Origin: Octopus vulgaris
Taxonomy: Eukaryota
Length of the DNA stretch: 64,000 bases
NCBI GenBank assembly: GCA_951406725.2
Contig: OX597820.1
Span: 87,854,001-87,918,000 of the forward strand
Direction of reading: 5' to 3'
This document shows positions 38,365-52,003 of this stretch, one piece after another. The first letter of the stretch is position 1. Every line of letters begins with the position of its first letter. Under the pieces are notes generated by a model that was not told where the DNA came from, made no database searches, and saw only the letters and a program-made list of their open reading frames with translations. The translations under genes and the position numbers were made by a program.

Positions 38365-38955
38365 GTCCCAGTGAAGACCTCAATAAAATGTAAGCACAAC
38401 AGACCTGATATAATGATTTGGGATAGAGAAGAGAAACTGAGCACAGTTGTGGAAATTAGCTGCCCAGCAGATGTTAACATAAAGCTGAAGATCAGTGTAA
38501 AAGAAAATACCTACGCTGAACTATTGAGAAATCAGCAGTTGCTCTATCCAGATTACAAGTTCAGGTTTATACCTGTAATTATTGGGGCCCTAGGATATGT
38601 AACACACTGCTTAAATACCAATCTTGAGAAATTAAGCTTCTCAAAACCAGAAAGGAGAAAGCTAATTCTAAGACTACAGATCCAGTCCATCACTGGAACT
38701 TTAAAAATCTGTAAAACTCTCCAGAAGTTTATCACTTAAATATATATGAGCATGTCTAAATATGAAACTATATGCATGAGAATACATACATAAAGCAAAA
38801 CATACAAATCTGTACATATACATACATATATACATAGAAACAAAAGTATCCTGTTGTTGATGTTGAAATTCCAGTGAAGGGGCATTGGATCTAGGTTAGA
38901 AACCGGCTCTTCCTCTATTGGCAAGAAATCTTGAAATAAAACTGAACAATGACAT
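38365..38955 (+). mobile_element. 5'-truncated RLE-type non-LTR retrotransposon (R4/Dong- or NeSL-like)
   Basis: ORF HNRPDIMIWDREEK..VVEISCP..K..Y..IPVIIGALG is the PD-(D/E)xK endonuclease end; the 3' UTR runs into (CATA)n. Confidence 0.8.
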
Positions 38956-38974
38956 ACATACATACATACATACA

Positions 38975-39006
<32 letters not shown>

Positions 39007-39500
39007 CATGCACACGCACTCACACGCATACGTATAATTTAAACAAAAATAAGCTAAGAGAAATAATTTAGAGTGGCCTGTAGCATGCATAGAAGAATAC
39101 AGGTGTGTGCTTAATTGGCAAAATATGACCATCCCCGAGTATTATAAAAAATGACTTATGGTTTGGAGACAAGAAAAATGTCACGTTCTTGTGTTTCTGC
39201 CTCAATCGGTGCCATCAATGGCGATTGCGACTACCTGCATAGGAAACAGGGAAACGCTCTCAAGAATCAAGAATTCTCCAGAATTGTTATGCAATGAAGG
39301 AAAAGAACAGGCTTATGGTTTGGAGACAAAGAAAAAAGTCACGTTCTTGTGTTTCTGAGTACACGCCTGGGTGCGTGCGCACATGTATATATATGTGTGT
39401 GTTGTGTCCTGATGTTGATAAATCCATAGGAGCATGGTCGAATCATTTAGAATAAAGAACTCAAAGAAGATTGAGTGTTAATAAGTTTAATATATAACGC

Positions 39501-39541
<41 letters not shown>

Positions 39542-40240
39542 TCTCTTTTCTGGGACTGCAACACATATATGTCCTTGGTAATTTGCATAATTTAAACAAA
39601 GCTTAGCTAAGAGAAATAACTCAGATTATATGTTTGTGTGAGTACACGCGTGGGTGCGTGCGCGCATGTATGTGTTTGAACAGCCTATTAACAATACCTC
39701 TTCCACACAGCTCAACAATGGTTAAGAATACATAGACATAGAAATAACTGCATAATCTAAAGCCTAACTGGTATGTAAAAGAATAACAAATATTACGGTC
39801 TGAATGAGTTACTTCACCTACTTTTGCTGTGGTCATCACATAACTGCATGGGCTTACAGAATGAAATCAGGCAATTGGCCAGACTGACACTTTCCAACCC
39901 ATACTATTCATCACTGCATATCTGAGTGTGCAGTTTGGACATCCTATTATTAGAAGGGTGGTTATATCAGTCATGACACCTCGTCCAGCTGATTAACTAC
40001 GTACCATAGGACAACTCTATCAAGACTGTACCGGGGTTATACAACTATAACAAATATCCGAAGTTACTGCATCGTTGCTTAACCGTCGTTGCTATAATTT
40101 TCAGCCAAATCTCCTTCGCATTACAACTCTAATGTTCTGAAAACAGAAAATAAGTACCAGCAAACTAATACATACTGACTCAAGGGTTTTATACTGTTCC
40201 TCTTACAAATGTGTACTGTTGCGTTCTCGTTATCGGTTAA

Positions 40241-41135
40241 TTGCATACTCGACAGAGTGTAAATACCTTGAGAGAAAAGTTGGACCTAAGAAGCATCAGA
40301 TGTGGTGTGCAAGAGAGATGTCTGCGCTGGTATGGTCATGTGGCGAGAATGGATAAGGATAGCTGTGTGAAAAAGTGCCATACCCTAGCGGTTGAAGGAA
40401 CCTGTGGAAGAGGTAGACCCAGGAAGACCTGGGATGAAGTGGTGAAGCATGACCTTCGAACATTAGGCCTCACCGAAGCAATGACTAGTGACCGAGACCT
40501 TTGGAGATATGCTGTGCTTGAGGATACCCGGCAAGCCAAGTGAGACTGTAACCTCGTGGCCTATTCCAGGGGTGTAACCAGCCTACATATGCGTACCTTT
40601 CCTTCATTGGACGCTAAACTCTGCTTGCGAAGACCTGTTTAGGCAAGTGAAATCGAAATCAAATTCGATGACTGGCATCCTTGCGAGTGGAGCGCTAAGA
40701 GCACCATCCGAGCGTGATCGTTGCCAGAGCAGCTAACTGGCTTCTGTGCCGGTGGCACGTAAAAAGCACCGTTCGAGCGTGATCGTTACCAGCGTCGCCC
40801 TATTGGCACTTGTACCGGTGGCACGTGAAAAAATATTCGAGCGAGGTCATTGCCAGTGCCGCTGGACTGGCTCATGTGCAGGTGGCACGTAAAAACACCA
40901 TTTGAGAGTGGCTGTTGCCAATACCGCCTGACTGGCCCTCGTGCCGGTGTCACGTAAAAGCACCCACTACACTCTCGGAGTGGTTGGCGTTAGGAAGGGC
41001 ATCCAGCTGTAGAAACTCTGCCAGATCAGATTGGAGGCTGGTGCAACCATCTGTTTCGCCAGTCCTCAGTCAAATCGCCCAACCCATGTTAGCATGGAAA
41101 GCGGACGTTAAACGATGATGATGATGATAATGATG
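40241..41135 (+). mobile_element. 5'-truncated RTE LINE
   Basis: ORF LRWYGHVARM..VEGTCGRGRPRKTWDEVV..DRDLWR; long 3' UTR with internal repeats; gttaaac(GAT)n tail. Confidence 0.88.
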
Positions 41136-42289
41136 AATCGAATAGACCCGTTCATTCAGATAGTATGGGCCTTGTGCTTTGATAAAAACTTCCTGTATTC
41201 GATGGTGTATCGGTACAAAAGCCTCATATCTGATAAAAATCAATATAAGAGGCTAATTCAGCTTCGCATATACTCTTTAAGATAAAGTGCATTTTCATTG
41301 TTAAAACCAAACAGATGTTCTACGTACGATACAGTACATAGTAGATATTGCTGAATGGAAAATAAACCAGGCAAATTATGACATAACTGAAAAACATTAT
41401 ATGTTATTAACCCTATTTTTAGCACGTAGAAAATAGTTACGTTGGATCGGAGTCAAAAATGTACGCGCACGCGCACACACACGAACACACACACACGCAC
41501 ACATATATACTCACACACGCGTGCACACACAATCTATTTTTATTTAGCATCTTTATCCCATCGGAATGCTCATTCCTTGGTTTATCTTTTTCATTCTAGA
41601 AATATCTATGTGTATCGTTACGTATTCCCATAACGATACAGTTGAACACAGCCGTGTTGCTAAACGTGTGAGACTGACGGACGAACGACTTATAAATCCA
41701 GATTCGGAATAGGTTGATGAGAGCTCACATGAGCAACAAACAGTCTTAGAAGAACTATAGTAGCTTAATTAAATATTGGACAGCGGTGAGAGATATTCTG
41801 GGATATATTTCAACCATGAGAACACACAAAACTCCCTTCTATTCCTCGATTAACAGTCAGTGGTACGAACTATCGGACCACGTCTTTGCCTCGTGGTAAC
41901 TACATTTAGTTTAATTATAACAATTTAGATTCATTTCCTCACCGCTTTCTACTAAAGTCACAAGGCCTGAGATTGTGGAGAAACGGAGAGTCAATTATAT
42001 TGACCTCAGTAGTCAAGTGGTACTTAGTTTATGGACCCAGAAATAATGAAAGGCAAAGTCGACTCCAGCGGCATTTGAACTCGGAGGGATTTGAAATCAG
42101 AACGTAAAACGGTAAGAAATGCCGCTAAACATTTTGTCCGGTATGCTAAAACTTCCGCCAGCTTGCCACCTTTAAATTATAGTAATAATTATCTTTAATA
42201 ATAACACAAAACTATATAAGTGAAATGTAGAGGATAATCCTCATTGCGAGGCCTCTGACATAGCAGAACAAGTTGATGCCAGTCCCAGA

Positions 42290-43021
42290 ACAGCTGTCAG
42301 GTATCTCTACAAACTTAGCTACTATGGTAGAGCAGCTAGTAGGAAGCTACTTCTTCAACCTGCCAATATCAAGTGGAGAAAAGATTGGGCCAGTGAGATG
42401 ATGGAGTGGTCGTTAGCATTTTGGGACACTATCATATTCTCTGATGAGTCCAGATTTACTGTACTTTCTGACAATGGTCGGGTGTGGGTCTGGAGACTCT
42501 GTGATCAAGAATTTGACATGAAAAAATTGCTACCAACAATGAAATAAGGCAGCTATTCTGTGATGGTCTGGGTAGCAATTTGGAGCAATTTGGAGCAATG
42601 GTTGATAAGAGCTGGTGGAGTGTGAAGAAAACAAACTCAGATAAATGTGTCCATATTGCAGAAAGGACTCCTCCCAATTTTCTCCGATGAAGAAATGATT
42701 AAAGAAGACTCTTTATTTATGGAAGATTGGGCTCCTTGTCACACGGCTAAAAAGACCCGAGACTGGTTGGAAAAGAATGGCATTAAAAACTTCCATGGCC
42801 ACGCCAGTCACCAGATATAAACCCTATTGAACATCTCTGGGGCATAATGGACAGGAACCTTCGTAAAAAGAAAAAAGAAAACATCTTCAAAGCCAGATCT
42901 TTTGAGGTTACTGCATGAACCTTGGCAAGAAATTCTCCAAGACAATATTCATTTGCTCAGTAGCATGCCTTATAGGATCCTTGCATTGAGAAATGCAAAG
43001 AGCATGTCTGCCAAATATTAG
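42290..43021 (+). mobile_element. Tc1-family transposase pseudogene
   Basis: Frameshifted WDTIIFSDESRF..SVMVW..FMEDWAPCH..PWPRQSPDINPIEHLW..SMPYRILALRNAKSMSAKY*. Confidence 0.88.
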
Positions 43022-43621
43022 ATATTCACATAATAACTAATAGATAATTTGAATGAATAATTTAAAATTTTAATGATTATAAGGGAGACTATTTACTTCT
43101 GTCGTGTCTGTGTACATGTTTGTCAGTATAAAAGATGGGCTACAACAAATGTTCTGCTTATCAGTTGCTTGGCCTTTTAACTATTTAAGTATGTCACTTA
43201 CTGGTTGATGATATGTGCATGTCTGATCACAAGCAGAAGTAGTGAGGGACATCATAACCATGTGTTGAGAAGAATTCTTTGGGGGTTTGAATAATTCACC
43301 CCTGGAAACATGAGTGCTTCGTTCATTATCCTTTATCAACCCATATTCAGGGACCTTTTAAACGGGATGGGCTACTCAATCTGAAGTTAATTCTAATTGA
43401 ACCCCACCTGCAATGTCATGCGCTGTTTAACTTGATATGAGATCAGCGTGTCGCGCGCATATGGTTGTGATTCATGTACCTGGTCTACCCTTGTCAGACG
43501 GGCTTCGTATATTTGTACTCCAGTGTCACTTTGATGGCATTAAAAATAAAAATAATGGTGGAGGATGGTAGCGAAAGTAATAGTGAAGAAGAGGAAGATA
43601 AATGCGATGATGATGATGATC

Positions 43622-43787
43622 AAGTGCAGGAGTGGCTGTGTGGTAAGTAGCTTGCTTGCCAACCACATGGTTCCGGGTTCAGTCCCACTGCGTGGCACTT
43701 TGGGCAAGTGTCTTTTACTATAGCCTCGGGCCGACCAAAGCCTTGTGAGAGGATTTGATGGACGGAAACTGAAAGAAGCCTATCGTG

Positions 43788-43862
<75 letters not shown>

Positions 43863-44071
43863 GTGTGTCTGTGTTTGTCTCCCCAACATCGCTCGACAAC
43901 CGATGCTGGTGTGTTCATATCCCCGTAACTTAGCGGTTCGGCAAAAGGGACCGACAGAATAAGTACTAAGCTTACAAAGAATAAGTCCCGGGGTCGATTT
44001 GCTCGACTAAAGGCGGTGCTCCAGCATGGCCGCAGTCAAATGACTGAAACAAGTAAAAGAGTAAAAGAGTA
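43622..44071 (+). mobile_element. SINE family A
   Basis: Full-length copy with an expanded internal (TA)n. Confidence 0.87.
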
Positions 44072-44519
44072 ACCAATAAACCAAACGGAAATTTTTGATG
44101 AAGTGATGTCCTTTTATAACTTTTATAACTTAAAAATGCAGTTTTATGAGGAAGTTATTATCAAAATATCAGATACCCACACCCATGTGATGTTCTCTCT
44201 CTTAAGTAATGACGTGTGTGTATATATATATATATATATAATGAAATTACATTTCAGATAATATCAGACCTTTTAAACTAAAATTGTTACATATCAGACC
44301 TTTTAAACCAAAACATTGTCAATTAACCTCCTGATTGTTACAAGTCAGTCCTATCTTGTTTTCTTGTAACATTCGTTTTCCCACGAGAACAATTTTTACA
44401 TGTGAATGAATTTATAAAATACAGGGGAGCTTCGACATTACAGAGAATTGAAACAACAGCAATGTCAATTCCTGGCGAGAAATTTTGTGGGGAGGCCCGA
44501 AAGTTTTAGGGGGAGGGGC

Positions 44520-45272
44520 CACTCGATTAGATCGACCCCAGTGCGCAACTGGTACTTAATTTATCGATCTCGAAAGGATGAAGGACAAAGTCGACCTCGG
44601 CGGAATTTGAACTCAGAACGTAAAGACAGACGACATACCTATTTCTTTACTGCCCACAAGGAACTACACACAGAGGCAACAAACAAGGACAGACAAACGG
44701 ATTAAGTCGATTATATCGAGCCCAGTCCGTAACTGGTACTTATTTAATCGACCCCGAAAGGATGAAAGGCAAAGTCGACCTCGGCGGAATTTCAACTCAG
44801 AATGTAAAGACAGACGAAATACCGCTAAGCAGTTCGCCCGGCGTGCTAACGTATTTTATTTCTTTATTGCCCACAAGGGGCTAAACATAGAGGGGACAAA
44901 CAAGGACAGACAAACGGATTAAGTCGATTACATCGACCCCAATGCGTAACTGGCACTTAATTTATCGACCCCGAAAGGATGAGAGGCAAAGTCGACCACG
45001 GCGGAATTTGAACTCAGAACGTAGCGGCGGGTGAAATACCCATTTCTTTACTATCCACAAGGGGCTAAACACAGAGAGGACAAACAAGGGCAGACAAACG
45101 GATTAAGTCGATTATATCGAGCCCAGTGCGTAACTGGTACTTATTTAATCGACCCCGAAAGGATGAAAAGCAAAGTCGACCTCGGCGTAATTTGAACTCA
45201 GAACATAAAGACAGACGAAATACTGCTGAGCATATCGCCCGGCGTGCTAACGCTTCTGCCAGCTCGCCGCCT
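44520..45272 (-). mobile_element. tandem array of about 4 SINE family B units
   Basis: Unit of about 190-200 bp repeated head-to-tail. Confidence 0.85.
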
Positions 45273-46159
45273 TTGGACATGTTATAACTGACTTAGAACT
45301 GGTATTATCAAAAAACTAAATTGACACTCGGCAAATGATGGTACATTGCCTCCAACGATGACACCATGTTTGATTATAGCATAGAGATCCACAAACTATA
45401 AAACACTTGTTGAGTTACTTTCTCATACAAGAACTATGTCTTTGTACGTGGACTTTGCAATGTACGATGTAGTTATAAGGAAATGTGTTTAGTTTTGCCT
45501 GAAGAAATTTTAGCAGGATGTGAAGCGGATTAAAAAAATAAATAAATAAATAAAGAGTAAAACATAATATCTAACCCTTTATATGTTCACGTTCAATTAT
45601 TGTTTTTAAGTGTGGGTGTTTACAAAATGTTTGATAATATCTCAGTCAAGGTCAGTTAGTGACTGTTTATGCAACAGAACAAAAGCATTAATAGCAATAA
45701 CAAGTCAACGTAATCATTTGACACGTTAGAAATAGCATTCATATCTACCTCGAATCTTAAGAAAAGATAATTTAAACCAGTGGTTCTCAACTGGGGTCTA
45801 TATAACTCTTGGAGGTTCACATAATATTTTGTTGTAAAAATTTATGAGTAATTAAGTTGGTTATAATTGTACAATACACAATATTTTAGTAATCTTTTTT
45901 TAATATAATTCCAAATAATATCAATTATAAAAATTTAATGGTTTTTAAAAAAAATCGTCGAATGGCAATGGGAGTACAAGTGTATAAAATAGAAATGAAA
46001 TGAGTCACAGGCAAAAAATGTTTGGGATTCACTGTCTTAGACAGTTTTGTGCAAGGTACACTATGCCCTAGGATAGTGAAAAGTGTATTCCTTTTTCAAT
46101 TGAACTAAGTTTTTTAATATCCCTTATTACTTAACACTTGCGCTATTACTTAACACTTG

Positions 46160-46413
46160 CGGTTTCCTTGGTGTATAGGTTCCCCACCTGGACAGGACGC
46201 CGATCAGTCGCAGGTGAGCTGCAAGATACAGGAGGAAAGAATGAGAGAAAGTTGTGGCGAAAGAGTCAGCAGAAGTTCGTCATTACCTTCTGCCGGAGCC
46301 GCGTGGAGTTTAGGTTTTTCGCTCATAAACACACATATCGCCCGGTCTGAGATTCGAACCCGCGATCACTCGACCACGAATCCGCTGCACTAACCACTAG
46401 GCCATGTGCCTCC
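46160..46413 (-). mobile_element. tRNA-derived SINE
   Basis: Head ggaggcacatggcctagtggttagtgcagcgg..gggttcgaatctc. Confidence 0.72.
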
Positions 46414-48559
46414 ACAGAAAAGAATATTATCGGATTTTGACACAAGGCCAATAATTTCGGGGAGGGGACTAGTCGATTACATCGACACCAATGCTTAAGT
46501 GGTGCTTATTTATCGATTCCGAAAGGATGAAAGGCAAAGTTGATTTCGGGGAAATTTGAACTTAGAACGTAAAGACGGTCGAAAGCGCGCTTAGCTTAGT
46601 ACGCCGGACGAAATGCTTAGCGGCGTTTCTTCCGGTTTTTCGTTCTGAGTTCCAATTCCACTGAGATCGACATTGCTTTTCATTCCTTTCAGGGTCGATG
46701 AAATAAGCACCAGTTGAGCACTGGGGTCAACATAATCGACTAATCCTTGACCTCAAATTTTCAAGCCTTGTGACTAAAGCAGAAAGTATATTAATGCTGG
46801 TAGAACTGCACTTTACGTTCTGAGTTCAAGTTAGCCTCCATCCTACCGGATTCGTTAAAATAAAGCATCTGTTAATCAACTATTATCAAGATCCCGAATT
46901 TGGAACCCTGTACCAACGTCAGGTATAAATTCATTATGGTTAGAATATATTTCCTCATGGCCAGCTGCATGCTCTTTACCCACTTCATTTCTTCTCTTGG
47001 AATGACTGTTCTTTAGAACTCTACTGTATCAAATATCTAATGTAGGTCATAATCACAAAGAAGAAAGCATAGCTTAGTAACACTTAAGCTTCTGCTGTTG
47101 ACCATTTAACCTTGGCTCTTGACTTCTCCGAAGGAAGTGAACCTACAATAAAGAATTAGCTATTGTGAACGAAGTAATACATATAAAATACCAGAAGTGG
47201 CGTGATGCATTCTGGGTGTCTTTTTTTTTAATGTATAATTTGGTTTTTAATTGTTGCAATTTTTTTAATGCGAGTTTGGTAAAGAATGGGTAAGAACGAG
47301 GAAGATACACACACATAGCCGCGCGAGCACTCGCACACGCATATGTATATACATTAGAGATGTACTGGCCTGGAAAGTGATTTCATTTGAAACTAGACTG
47401 TTAGTGTGTGTGTGGAGTAGTAGCGTAGTTGAGAAATATGCATCAGTCCAACTGTGTGGCACCTCGGGCAACTACTACAACCCTGAGCTGACCAAAACGT
47501 CGCGAGTGGATTTGATAGACGGAAACTGAAATGAAGCTGGTCGTACATACTTACATACATATGTATATACGTGTATGGGTATGGGTGTATGTGCATGTGT
47601 ATAAATGTGCTTATATCTTAGTGTTTCCTTGTCTTGACATCGTTACCGTCATACAAGCAGTGATTTTCGTTTTCAATCTGCCGTGAAAACATGTTCGGGC
47701 ATGAAAAAATGTTTTGGAAACAGGTAAGGATTTGCGAAGGAAGGGCATAAGACATAGAAAATCTTTCTCAACGAATTCCGTCTGATCCATGCAAGAGTGA
47801 AAAAGACACACACACACACACACACACACAGAGTTTCTGTCAAATGTAACCCACAAAGCTTTGATCGTTCTCTCTTTATCTTGTCTGATAGCAGATTCTT
47901 GAAAGTAGATCTTTTACATTTTGAGCACTTTAATCAGATCAAAGAATCACTAGTATCTGATATCGACTTTAAGAGTGGCTCTTAATTTTATACATAATGT
48001 GTTTTAAATAAATAAACAAGTCAATAAATAATTGTTTCTACTAAAGGCACAGGGACTTGAAATTTTGGGAGAGCCGGGCTAGTCAATTACATCGATCCCC
48101 AGTGTTCAACTGGTACTTTATTTTATCGACTCTGAATAAATGAAAAGTAAAGTTGACCTCAGCGGAATTTGAACTCAGAACGTAAAGACGGACGAAATGC
48201 CGCTAAGCATTTTGTCAGACGCACTAATGATTCTGCCAACTAGCCATCTTAATAAATTTATAAATAAATAATGTTTTCAAATTTTGGTACACAGCCATTA
48301 ATTTTGAGGAAAGGTATAAAGTCGATTACATCGACTCCAGTGTTCAATTGGTACTTATTTTATCTACTCCGAAAAGCAAAGTCGACCTCGGCGGAATTTA
48401 ACTCTTCACAAATAGACGGACAAAATGCAGCTAAGCATCAATAAATAGATAAACGAATAAATAAACAATGATATTTCTTTAAAACAAAGCAATTTTCTTG
48501 GTAGGGTGAGTCGGGGAGGAGGAGAAATTGTTGATGAATCCAATCTCTCAATACATGAG

Positions 48560-48882
48560 TCATTTTATTGAACCCGTAGTCATGAAATTGAAAATTATTG
48601 ACTGGGAATGTCAAATTCGACAGTGAGAAGAGTGAACAGAGGCGGAGGTGGAGGATGGCTGAACATGGAGTGTCTGAGAAGAGGTGGAAAGAAAGCAGCT
48701 CCAAAGGAGAAGAGGCCAGTATAGTTGTGACAGAAAAGGTAAAGATTCGAGACGGTGCGTTTCGTATGAGATAGCGGCTGGAAAATTTAGATGAGAAATT
48801 TCGTACTAATTAGTTGGGTGGCTTTTGGTGGGATGCGATCTTAGATACCTGCATGTGTAATAACAACAGTAGCACCTCCCCT
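48560..48882 (-). mobile_element. decayed CR1/L2-group LINE 3' remnant
   Basis: Minus translation GGAT..I*DRIPPKATQLI..FQPLSHTKRTVSNLYLF resembles the LDRIQxKAxRLI..LQPLSHRRxV motif. Confidence 0.5.
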
Positions 48883-49169
48883 ATGTGAAAAGAGTATTCC
48901 AAGGATTGTTAGTTCTCTAAAAGACAAGGCACGTTGTGTTTTATTGTTTCTTCCAGGTCGACCATGAGTAAACAGCGAGTCGTACGTCTGCGTATAAGCG
49001 AAACATCTATTACTCCTGATATATCATACATCACTCTAAAACAAGACTACACTTTCTGCACCATCATTCAACAATTTGTCATACGACTATGCCCTACAGA
49101 TCCATTACTCCGGATTTATTATACATCTGTCTAATACAGGATTATAGTCTTGTCTACTCTAATTTTGGA

Positions 49170-49530
49170 GGAGGGAGCTAGTCGATTAGATCGACCCAGT
49201 ACGCAACTGGTACTTACTTTATCAACCCGGAAAGGATGAAAGGCAAAGTCGACTTCGGCGGAATTTGAACTCAGAGCGTAAAAACAGACGAAATACCTAT
49301 TTCTTTACTGCCCACAAGGGGCTACACACAGAGGGGACAAACAAGGACAGACAAACGGATTAAGGCGATTACATCGACCCCAGTGCGTAACTGGTACTTA
49401 TTTAATCGACCCCGAAAGGATGAAAGGCAAAGTCGACCTCGGCAGAATTTGAACTCAGAACGTAGCGGCAGACGAAATACCGCTAAGCATTTCGCCCAGC
49501 GTGCTAACGTTTCTACCAGCTCGCCGCCTT
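49170..49530 (-). mobile_element. SINE family B dimer
   Basis: Two units with the same junction as 27620-27961. Confidence 0.82.
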
Positions 49531-50334
49531 AATACAGGATTATATTCTGTTATCAAAAATATAATAATAACCGTATAGGTGTGAGTACATATAGAGTGCC
49601 TTATTGTTATTTAGCACCAGGTGAACTATGATAGTAAATTTACGATCATAGGCATTCCATTCGTGGCCAAGACCACCTTTAGGGGATATCTATAACTATA
49701 TATATATCTTCGCTTTTTTAAGACGGTGAAACAGAAGCTAAAAATTATGCGACATGGAATTCAACTATAAGTGGCCTATACTCCACGTTGGAGCGTTAAA
49801 GGCAGGAAGAAAGAAGAATTTGAGGAGAGGAGGGTTCTCTCTTTTGCAAGCAGGTCAAGATGAACGCTTACAGGCTTCACTATTACGTTTTGGTGATGAT
49901 CATAGCAGTTGTGCATGAGATCAACTTAACCAGAGCGCCGATGTCTTTGGCAGTGTGTCTACTGAAACAATGTCTGGGTACTGGTAATGTTGGTAAGAGA
50001 ATGCAAATTAGTTCGACTGCTGACATTTCAACAAAAAAATTAAGACTCTTTCTGGGTTTTCAGATGGAAAAGCCCTCAAGAGGTACTTATAGAGAGTGTG
50101 AATCACTCACACACAAAGATGCGCGCACGTGTGTTATTACTAATGTTGTGGCTTGTGACTAAGAAAACCTACAGATGTTAATTGAGGAAAGGACTCGATA
50201 CAAGAATTAGAGTTCAATGGTTTGAAGAAACTGACTGCTCCATCGGGGTTTCGGTGTGGATTGGTTCATTAAACAGTTTATTTGATAAACTATCCTTGAT
50301 TTGCATGTATGTGTGCTGGAATGTATATCAGTTT

Positions 50335-50806
50335 GTATGTATGTATGTATGTATGTATGTATGTATGTATGTATGTATGTATGTATGTATGTATGTATGT
50401 ATGCATGCATGTATATATGCATGTATGCATGCATGCATGTATGTACATATGCATGCATGCATGTATGTATATATGCATGCATGCATGCATGTATGTATAT
50501 ATGCATGCATGTATGTAGATATGCATGCATGCATGTATGTATATATGTATGTATGTATGCATGCATGTATGTATTTATGCATGCATGTATGTATGTATAT
50601 ATGCATGCATGCATGTATGTATGCATGCATGCATGTATGTATATATGCATGCATGTATGTATGTATATATGCATGCATGCATGTATGTATGTATATATGC
50701 ATGCATGCATGTATGTATATATGCATGCATGTATGTATGTATGTATGTATGTATGTATGTATGTATGTATGTATGTATGCATGTACGTATACGTGTGTGT
50801 GTGTGT
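50335..50806. repeat. (TATG)n/(CATG)n microsatellite
   Basis: Directly visible. Confidence 0.95.
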
Positions 50807-50886
50807 CTGTATCTATCTATATGGATTATGAATTTTGTTACTTTGAAACAGTTTTTTAATGGGCTTTTCTTTAAACCAGTTAGGGC

Positions 50887-50918
<32 letters not shown>

Positions 50919-50957
50919 CGGTAGTGGTGGTAGTAGTAGTAGTGGTGGTGGTGGTAT

Positions 50958-50992
<35 letters not shown>

Positions 50993-51583
50993 ACAGCAGC
51001 AGTAAAAGAAGAAAATGAAGAGGAAGAACAAGAGGACGTTTAAAATAAAAACAAAAAAAAGATAAGAAGCTAAGTGAGTACATAATTGCTATCAATTGAA
51101 CATGGTTATTTGGAGGGGAGCTCTCTCTTCTTCTTATCGCTTCTTCTTCTTCTTTTCTCTCTCCCTCTCTCTTAATGATTGTGCCTCTCTTTCACCTCAC
51201 ATGTTTAGATACAGATGTTTTAAATTGCCGTCTGAGAGAGAGAGAGAGAGCGCAGGTCAGCTTATCATATGATGCAAACGAAATAGGAAGGATGTCAAAA
51301 CTCACAATGCTAACATTCTTCACATGCTTCCTTAGGATTACTAAAAGAGTCTTTTTTCTTTAACTTGCCTCTTTAGAAATTTTTTTTTTAGAATTTGTTT
51401 TTAAAATCAGATATGAGTCCAACCTATATTTATACATAGATTTGGTGTAAAAAAATGTAAAAAGAAAAAAACCAGCACGAAGATGAGGTAAAAGAAACAG
51501 AGTGTATCAAGCTTAAACTAAGGAAATAGGAAAAATTAGAAGGAAAAGTCGTTTACGTTTCGAGCATATATATATATATATAT

Positions 51584-51935
51584 TCTTTTACTTGTTTCAC
51601 TCATTTGACTGCTGCCATGCTGGGGCACCGCCTTAAGGGGCTTTAGTCGAAGAAATCGACCCCAGAAATTACTCTTTGTAAGCCTAGTACTTATTCTTTA
51701 GGTCTCTTTCGCCGAACCACTAATTTACGGGGATGTAAATACACCAGCATCGGTTGTCAAGCGATGGTGGGTGAGTGGATGGGCGGACACAATGGGCTTC
51801 TTTCAGTTTCACAAGGCTTTGGGTGGTCCGGGACTATAATAGAAACCAACACTTCCCCAAGGCGCCATGCAGTGGGACCGAACCAGGAATTATGTGGTTG
51901 GGAGCCAAACGTCTTACTACACAGCCATGCCTGCG

Positions 51936-51937
<2 letters not shown>
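51584..51937 (-). mobile_element. SINE family A (inverted)
   Basis: Reverse complement of family A. Confidence 0.8.

Positions 51938-51999
<62 letters not shown>

Positions 52000-52003
<4 letters not shown>

Noticed and set aside
39030-39675. Three short local duplications of 30-45 bp
   Set aside because: They appear to be ordinary local duplication or slippage, with no coding or structural signal.
40680-40960. Regularly spaced ~60-bp repeats (also 16930-17280) resembling a CRISPR array
   Set aside because: They are diverged internal tandem repeats of the RTE 3' UTR, with no unique spacers or cas genes, in a eukaryotic context.
43110-43545. Probable interspersed repeat fragment next to the Tc1 remnant
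   Set aside because: No diagnostic motif or second copy in the window, so the family cannot be assigned.
51775-51999. N-terminal part of the 279-aa ORF
   Set aside because: Read-through of an antisense SINE and a (TA)n tract; real PLE RT similarity starts at about 52000.
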